Below are positions 56,004 to 64,000 of a stretch of DNA of 64,000 nucleotides, piece by piece (position 1 is the first letter of the stretch; each line of letters starts with the position of its first letter). Source of the DNA: Laetmonice hystrix (taxonomy: Eukaryota); the NCBI GenBank assembly GCA_965235115.1, contig OZ249436.1, positions 1,304,001-1,368,000 of the forward strand. The letters run 5' to 3'. The translations under genes and the position numbers were made by a program. Below the pieces are notes generated by a model. That model ran no database searches, was not told the DNA's origin, and saw nothing but the letters and a program-made list of their open reading frames with translations.

Positions 56004-56150
56004 CGTCCCATTCTACGGTCATATTAACGACCAGTCTGGCGTCCCATTCTACGGTCATATTAACGACCAGTCTGGCGTCCCATTCTACGGTCATATTAAC
56101 GGCCAGTCTGGCGTCCCATTCTACGGTCATATTAACGACCAGTCTGGCGT
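56004..56150. repeat. 36-bp tandem repeat, 4 copies
   Basis: gtcccattctacggtcatattaacgaccagtctggc x4. Confidence 0.95.
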
Positions 56151-57054
56151 ACCTATACATTGTTTCTGATATATTATGTCTGATAGAAAACGTCATTCGG
56201 CCAGACATCGGGAAATATAGATTGAGGGAATGACTTGTTATATCTTGTTATAAGCTTTGTTGTCAACACTGGCCACACCTTATGAGAGAAAGAAGTGCCT
56301 GCTATGTCCTAATTACTTGAGTATTGCCAGTAAACACTGCAAGCTAACCTGACAGCCCTGGTTCCTGTGTGCAGGCAGATAGTCAAGGCAAGCGTCCATG
56401 TGTCTGGACATCCGTCATCTGTATGGGTGAGCGATAGAATGGACGATCAAACATTACGACCTATTCACCGGCCGTAAAGCTCCATACTCCCACATTTGTA
56501 TAGATCCAGGGGATCATAATCTTTAATAATTTATCATCTATTTTCACGCCTACGCATACAGATGACTGGCGCAGTCGTAGTGCGTACTGCGTGTTTTCAT
56601 TGTTTTAATTACGCAATACGCACTACGCAATACGCACTCCGGACACGTGGATTTCTGGCTTAAAACATGCATTGGCTCTGGTTCGGGGCACTCGCCGAGT
56701 TATATTATTTTCAATCGTGTATATGTTAGGGGCTCTTTTAGAGTTGTTGTTAAATGTAGGCCTATATAGTGAGAAAAATTCTGTCAGAATAGTATTGTGA
56801 TTTTAAAACATATTCCTTGTAGTTTGTCAGGGCTGCGTCTTGGTTAGCCCGATGTCGTTAACTTTATCGTTAAATGAATGTGAGAATTCGTTAAAGGTGC
56901 AGCCCAGATATTATAACGATGAAATTGCCCCTACCAGTATGAATCAGCTTTACCTGTAACCTAGAATTCAAATCACCAATTATCTACACCCACACGCACA
57001 CCCCTACACGCACACCCCTCCACCCCCTCCCTACACGCACAAAACGCGCACCAG

Positions 57055-57403
57055 GGCCCTGTTTCATAACTAATAACGCAGCTGCGTTATTAACGCAGAT
57101 GCGCAAATAGCCTCATTTGAGGTTAATGTGTTACATAACTAATAACGCAACGCACTATGCGTTCATAGCGCGCGTTGTCTGGCTCTAAAACCTTTTAATT
57201 AACGCGCACCTATAAGGGTCTGCGCTAACTGGTAATTCTACGAAAACACGTAACGTGGATACTTAAATTGAAAAGTAGGGGAGACCGGCGTCTACGCAAA
57301 TGCTTATGAAACACTTTAACGCAACGATCGCTATCTTCATCGTTCGCTAATAACGCACTTGTGCGTTATTAGTATGCTTTCGCTGTTAGTTATGAAACGG
57401 GGC
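57055..57403. mobile_element. Full-length PIF/Harbinger-like MITE
   Basis: TIRs ggccctgtttcataactaa / ttagttatgaaacggggc, preceded by cag; partial copy at 17289. Confidence 0.85.
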
Positions 57404-58169
57404 AGTTCAGTAGCCTTACCTCGCCACTAGACATTTTGTCAACAACGCCATTCAACGGGGGACTCCCCTCCTATGCGCGGGCTTCATCCCAATGAGCAGG
57501 TTTACTTCAGATTCATGGTGTCATTATTATTGGCATCTGCCTGAGCCTGAGGCAGAGAGCAGCCATGGGTCAGTAGTTCAGTTTAGTTATTGCCTCGTCC
57601 TTGGTTAGAGCTAGCTCGTTTACGATGGGAAATGCCACGTTACTTGGCAGAGCGACCGCCTGTTAGTGTTACATTGAACACTAGTTCACCAGTTTATGAT
57701 AATGGGGAGCCTGGACTTGTGACGCTGATGTCATACCAACAATGCGAAATGTAAAACTATGCCTGCTGTAGAGTCATATATCGGAATCCTACTAGTGCAT
57801 GATCATCATATACAAACGTACATCATATTGCTAGGGGTGAAAAGGATGTTGTATCTCGTCCTTATAATATTGGGGTGGACCTTTAACGATGCATTTCACG
57901 AGTGAATAGTTTTCCGTATCAATCAACTGCTGTATATATTTGAGTTAACGATATATATCGCTAACGGTGAGTTTAGTACGAGACCACCCCCTGACGGAGT
58001 TTATACGGCGCGGAGATAGATCCATGTGTCGAGACTTGTGTAGTGCCATGCAGTGAGCCGTGAAAATAAAGATGATTTTGGGATCTTTGACTGCCTCAAA
58101 TCTTGTGATTGGTATCTCGTTCTGTCTGTTAAAGTAGATTCAGACGGGAACCGCTATCCTCTTCGTCTT

Positions 58170-58250
58170 GTCCTAAGGTTTCGTGTTGTCCTAAGGTTTC
58201 GTGTTGTCCTAAGGTTTCGTGTTGTCCTAGGGTTTCGTGTTGTCCTAAGT
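58170..58250. repeat. 18-bp tandem repeat, about 4.5 copies
   Basis: gtcctaaggtttcgtgtt repeated. Confidence 0.9.
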
Positions 58251-58369
58251 TTTCTGTTTACTGTGATAGCTAGCAATCTCTAAAGGCCGGAAGCACCTTG
58301 TAAATAATTTTTGTTTTGAATTGTAAAGTGATGCGCGGCGGTTGCAGTGTACAGCACAGAGCGTTCACA

Positions 58370-58411
58370 ACTTCTTCTTCGCCTGTTTCTTCTTCTTCGT
58401 CTTCTTCTTCT

Positions 58412-58458
<47 letters not shown>

Positions 58459-58480
58459 TTCTTCTTCTTCTGTTTCTTCT

Positions 58481-58517
<37 letters not shown>

Positions 58518-58590
58518 TTTCTTCTTCCTCTTCCTTTTCTTCTTCTGTTTCTTCTTCTTTTTCTTCCTTTTCCTCTGTTTCTGCTTCTTT
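58370..58590. repeat. (CTT)n microsatellite
   Basis: Simple sequence. Confidence 0.97.
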
Positions 58591-59147
58591 GAATGACGGA
58601 CAGAAGATAGCACGTCGCGTTTTCCCTGATTTGTTTTAAATATTGCCTGCGCGGGTCTCTACTTCACTGGAATATTTATTTAATGTTTTAGTGGCAAGTA
58701 CGGCGGAAAAAATGGTAGGCACCAGACACTTATGTTCAGGTTGATCGATGGTGACGCATGAAACAAGGCATTGACATTAAAATCAATACAGCTAAAGTCC
58801 TCTTTGTTGTAATTTGTCTTAACCGAAACAGAAAAAATACCGCTGTATTATGCTAATTTATGTATGTTCACTTGAACTAGACCCGTGTTTCATTTCAATC
58901 TATCATACGATTGCAGCTGAACAAGCTGTACACGATAGAGAAAAGCAATAAGCGAAAACAGGCAATTTTATCACGAGTTCTCTGCATGGTCACCATCTTA
59001 GCTGACGTGCATCTACAGCTCAGAAAAAGTAAAACAAGAGCTTACTTTGATGTAAATAGATTGGCATAATCCATAATTCGCATGTGCAGACTGTACCAGG
59101 TACATAGTACTGTGTCGTCAGTCTCCCAGAAACGTCAGTCAGAGGGT

Positions 59148-59388
59148 CACTGGTTCCATTGAACGCCGAGTTGACCCGCGCTGTTGTGTACCTCCGCACA
59201 AAACATAGTTCCCCACATCAATTCCCGAAAAATGAACTGTACGCGCAGCTTCAACTAGGCCGCATAGTAAATAATATTACGTGGATTATTTGAAACAGCT
59301 ATATCGTATTTTTAGTGCGATATCAATAGGTTCCTATAGGTGAGTGGAGTAGGTAACCGACTTGGCCCGGATATCCAGGGGGCGCCAC
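59148..59388 (+). repeat. Dispersed repeat, copy 2 (copy 1 at 7291-7530)
   Basis: Colinear similarity with indels. Confidence 0.85.
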
Positions 59389-59620
59389 CCTCTTGACACT
59401 GGCCTTTAAGCAAAGATTGGCGCGTTTCGTTTTCGTAATAATCGACGTCTTTCTGTCTGCAGCTGAGCACCATATGCTCCGGGGGCCTCCTGTCTCACTA
59501 TAACTGTCGCGTGACGTCATATCCGGTCTGCTGTTGCGTCGAAAGGTGAACTTTTTCTTTCTCCGTTCTCTGTTCATAAATTGTTATCGTCCGCCAGCTA
59601 CTAGATAGATACACCGCCAA

Positions 59621-60335
59621 TTTAGGAAAGGGCGATCAACTATCGGAGCTGTTAATCGAGTTGTTAATCAGTATACATGAGTACAGAAATAGAGGGGAAT
59701 ACAGTATTGCGATCTTTCTCGATTTGTCGAAAGCGTTCAATTGTGTAAACTTTATTTTGGGGTCCAAACGAGAAAAAGTGGGTATAAAAGATAAATGTAA
59801 AAATTGGATTATTGAATATCTGAAAGACAGAAAACAGTTTGTAAGTTGCAATGAAATTGAATCTGAATGTAATGTTATTAACTATGGCGTTCCGTAAGGT
59901 ACTGTCCTCGGGCCTCTGATTTATTTATTATACGTCAATGACTTATGGGACAGTGAGGTTTAATCAGATTTAAGCATGTTTGCAGATGATAATGGCTTAG
60001 TTGCGCATGCAAACAGTATACAGAACTTAAAATCTCAAGTTACTCGGGATATTAGAAAACTGAATGCCTGGTTTGTAACTAATAAACTCACAGTTAACTT
60101 AAATAAAACTAAATTCATATTCTTTGGTAAAAACGGTACTAACGACGATTATATCCATGTTAGCATTGATGGGGAGGAATTAGAGTGCGTTCAGAAATTT
60201 CCTTATCTTGGAGTAATTATAGACAGTAAATTAAAGTTTATTGAATATATTAAGAGCTGTATTAGGAAAGCCGGACATAAGGTGTACAAATTAGCAAGGT
60301 TAAGAAGATATCTAGACAAGAAAACAGCATTAACA
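59621..60335 (+). mobile_element. Decayed non-LTR retrotransposon (CR1/L2/Jockey group) reverse-transcriptase fragment
   Basis: FRKGRST, FLDLSKAF, GVP*GTVLGP, YVND, FADD, LN..KTK and YLGVIIDSKL motifs; two in-frame stops and one frameshift; truncated at both ends. Confidence 0.95.
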
Positions 60336-61472
60336 TGATGCTGTTATGGGATGTCTGTCTGCTAGATACACCGCCAAACAAACCTGATGCTGTTACGGGA
60401 TGTCTGTCTGCTAGATACACCACCAAACAAACCTGATGCTGTTACGGGATGTCTGTCTGCTAGATACACCACCAAACAAACGTGATGCTGTTACGGGATG
60501 TCTGTCTGCTAGATACACCGCCAAACAAACCTGATGCTGTTACGGGATGTCTGTCTGCTAGATACACCACCAAACAAACCTGATGCTGTTATGGGATGTC
60601 TGTCTGCTAGATACACCGCCAAACAAACCTGATGCTGTTACGGGATGTCTGTCTGCTAGATACACCACCAAACAAACGTGATGCTGTTACGGGATGTCTG
60701 TCTGCTAGATACACCGCCAAACAAACCTGATGCTGTTACGGGATGTTTGTCTGCTAGATACACCACCAAACAAACCTGATGATGTTACGGGATGTCTGTC
60801 TGCTAGATACACCGCCAAACAAACCTGATGCTGTTATGGGATGTCTGTCTGCTATACATACACCGCCAAACAAACCTGATGCTGTTACGGGATGTCTGTC
60901 TGCTAGATACACCGCCAAACAAACCTGATGCTGTTAGGGGATGTCTGTCTGCTAGATACACCGCCAAACAAACGTGATGCTGTTACGGGATGTCTGTCTG
61001 CTAGATACACCGCCAAACAAACGTGATGCTGTTACGGGATGTCTGTCTGCTAGATACACCGCCAAACAAACCTGATGCTGTTACGGGATGTCTGTCTGCT
61101 AGATACACCGCCAAACAAACCTGATGCTGTTACGGGATGTCTGTCTGCTAGATACACCGCCAAACAAACCTGATGCTGTTACGGGATGTCTGTCTGCTAG
61201 ATACACCGCCAAACAAACCTGATGCTGTTATGGGATGTCTGTCTGCTATAGATACACCGCCAAACAAACGTGATGCTGTTACGGGATGTCTGTCTGCTAG
61301 ATACACCACCAAACAAACCTGATGCTGTTACGGGATGTCTGTCTGCTAGATACACCGACAAACAAACCTGATGCTGTTACGGGATGTCTGTCTGCTAGAT
61401 ACACCGACAAACAAACCTGATGCTGTTACGGGATGTCTGTCTGCTAGATACACCGCCAAACAAACCTGATGC
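60336..61472. repeat. Minisatellite, 49-bp unit (tgatgctgttacgggatgtctgtctgctagatacaccgccaaacaaacc), about 23 copies
   Basis: Tandem periodicity. Confidence 0.98.
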
Positions 61473-61810
61473 ACTTTACAAATCAGCATAAAAAAGAGAG
61501 CGGAAGCCATCCGGCTTATGTGTTCTCCAGTAAATGTATATCTTCTAAACGTAAGCGGCATGACGTTAATATAAACATATAGTTAATTAAAACATATATT
61601 CACCATATATAAACAATATTTTGTAGATCTTAACACCTAACAATCACCAACGTACTGCATCTTAAAAAAACAATATAAAGAACTCTTGCATGCGAGGAGA
61701 GTTGTCCAAAATCAAACTTAGATCAGGTTGAACGAATAATGTCTGTGGTATGTTCGACCCTCTTCGGACCACCCACTCTCCACCCCACCCACTCCCCACC
61801 CCACCCCGCT

Positions 61811-62049
61811 TAGGGATCGGGGGGGTGAATAGGGTGGCTAGCCACCCCCTTCGAACCTTTTTTTTTTCTGGTCACTTTTGACATTTAATTTAATACAGCA
61901 TTTCTTGCTCCAAAATGCACCAAATTGCACCTTAATTAAAAAAAAAAATTCGGGGTGTCTCTGACCCCCCTAGCAAGGCTTCGCGCCTTCGGCGCTCGAC
62001 CTGTCCAAGTCACCTAACCACCCCCACCCCCCTCCTAGATCCGCGCCTG
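61811..62049. mobile_element. Degenerate GC-rich MITE-like element
   Basis: Right end cctagatccgcgcctg, internal hairpin-like cgcgccttcggcgc, decayed left end agggatcggggggg. Confidence 0.45.
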
Positions 62050-64000
62050 CCGCTATCTTCCACGTTTGATGATTTTGTTAATGATCTGTAGATATTGTAA
62101 CAACGTGTCAACGTTAATGATCTAGTGTAGAGATGATTTTGTTAATGATCTGTAGATATTGTAACAACGTGTCAACGTTAATGATCTAGTGTACTGTACC
62201 TAGCGCGCAAAAAGCCTGTATGTCGTCGCTGCCGTGTGATGCACACAGCGTCCCTGTAATAAAATATTTGAATAAATAAAAAAAACACGGAGTAGACGGA
62301 TTCGAATGAAGAGGCAGTCGATCTTGGCTGTGGCTGTCATCGTTATCAAGATCATGATCATTGCAATGGTCATGATGACGAACTCATCGAGGTTCCTGGA
62401 GAAATCGTGTCGATCGAATTATTTGATTAAATATGAAAAATTGTGGTTTTATGATGGTTTTGCCCAGAGATGACCCCCATATGTTCTATCTAATTAATCT
62501 CACGTGAGCCCGCCAAGACGATTTCCTACCAATGAACCCCCCCACCCCACCCACCCACCCACCACCACCTCCACACACCCACCACCACCACCACCACCTC
62601 CACACACCCACCAGCCCCACCCCAAGGCCATCAGCCACGAGTGTTTCTTTCTATCTTCAACATTTAAATTTCACTTGATGACTCCCGCTTTGGTTCACGT
62701 TCGATATAAAAATAGACTTTCAAGTTCCCATCATTCGTAGAAAACATTTCTCCTAAACGCTGGCCATTCGACTGGAAACTGTCTAAATCTCCGACCAAGA
62801 ATAACACGCCTGGCCGGGCAGCAAGCAAGCAGGACTCATTGCCGCCGCCGATTTCTTTCCCCAACCGTACGATTTTGTTACATTATTTGTAGCACGAAAA
62901 TCGGATAAAGAGCATAGTGCATGAACATAACGGTGACAAAAAAAACCTTGTAAATTTCTTGCAGTGCCTCGTCATCCTTTTTGCCTAAAATTGTTTAGTA
63001 ATCTTTGGTCATTTGTTGCCATTCAGCAAATTTATCTATGTGAGGACTTGAATAATCGGTCAAACTGTGGGAAGGCGGGTTTAGCTTAGAAAACTCTGAT
63101 TACTAGGTGTATCATGTATCACCAGGGAATACGTATTCCTTCCCGTACTTCATTTCTCAGCTCTTACACGGAGATTGGTTGACGAAGCCGCAGTAGAAAC
63201 ATAATCTGCCGTATCCCTAGTTCTGCAGATGAAAATGGTGGTTGCCAGTCATCCTGAGACGTTGAAAATGATGAGATTGCCGTTACCATATGACTGAGGG
63301 GCTCCAGCTACCTCATTCCCTGCGGTCCGAGCGTGGTGAAACCCGGCAGGATCTGAGAGATACGGATTGACCACTCGGGTTACTCCATTTAATGTGGAAG
63401 GGTTGCTCCATTTAATGGACGCATCAGCTTCTCGGAATCCAGGTCTTCCTGTCCGCTTGGCAAGCACAAAGGTCATGCTTGATCTGAATCTTTAATAAAA
63501 GCGCGTTAGAAATTGGTTTGGCACCTTGCCAGATTTGCCTTCTCTAACGAGACAAACATGAGGTTGCGAGCGAGCGAGCGAGCGAGTGAGTGAGTGAGTC
63601 AGTGAGTGAGTCTTAAGGTTTGAATAAGTCTTAAGAATAAGTCTTAAGGTTTGAATCTTAAGACTCGGTTTGCACACTAAAAAAAAATATTTTCGGTTAA
63701 AGGTTCGCTTCTTTATTCCCGAACTGTCACGGATGTAGGACAAATGTTTATTGTTGGTAAGGTCCTTACCTCCTTACCTGACCTTACCTAGAGAAAGAAT
63801 GTCATCTCATTTCAGAGCAAAGGTAGAGTCAGGTTACTTAAATCTTGCCCACGGTCACGCACTTAATCAAACCTAAAAAAAAACATGTTGGATATTATTG
63901 AAACATTTGAATTCAGACGTTGTATTTTCTATTACATTTATTAATCTCATAAGTAATCCCTGTCGTACTTTCTGCCAATTTTTATCTCAAAGTAGGCCTT

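Overview
Repeat-rich eukaryotic DNA, probably from an invertebrate animal (the receptor type and SINE/MITE families suggest a lophotrochozoan; this is inference). The only convincing gene is the 3' part of a + strand class A neuropeptide GPCR, most similar to SIFamide/NPFF receptors, with two coding exons at 52833-52932 and 54006-54633. No N-terminal/TM1-TM2 exon is visible, so 1-52832 is probably one very large intron. About 29 kb of that stretch is filled by about 15 unrelated, highly homogeneous minisatellite arrays (units 20-88 bp, about 6 to 150 copies), mixed with MITE-type DNA transposons, a degenerate tRNA-derived SINE and microsatellites. A decayed LINE reverse-transcriptase fragment and further arrays lie downstream of the gene. 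Almost all ORFs in the supplied track are by-products of repeats. The most interesting signals concern how the arrays arose: several are amplified transposon/flank junctions, their recurrent variants often perfect palindromes or are micro-inversions, and the window holds a series from 2-copy seeds to arrays with higher-order structure. Coordinates and copy numbers were counted by eye and are approximate. No bacterial-type system such as CRISPR is present.
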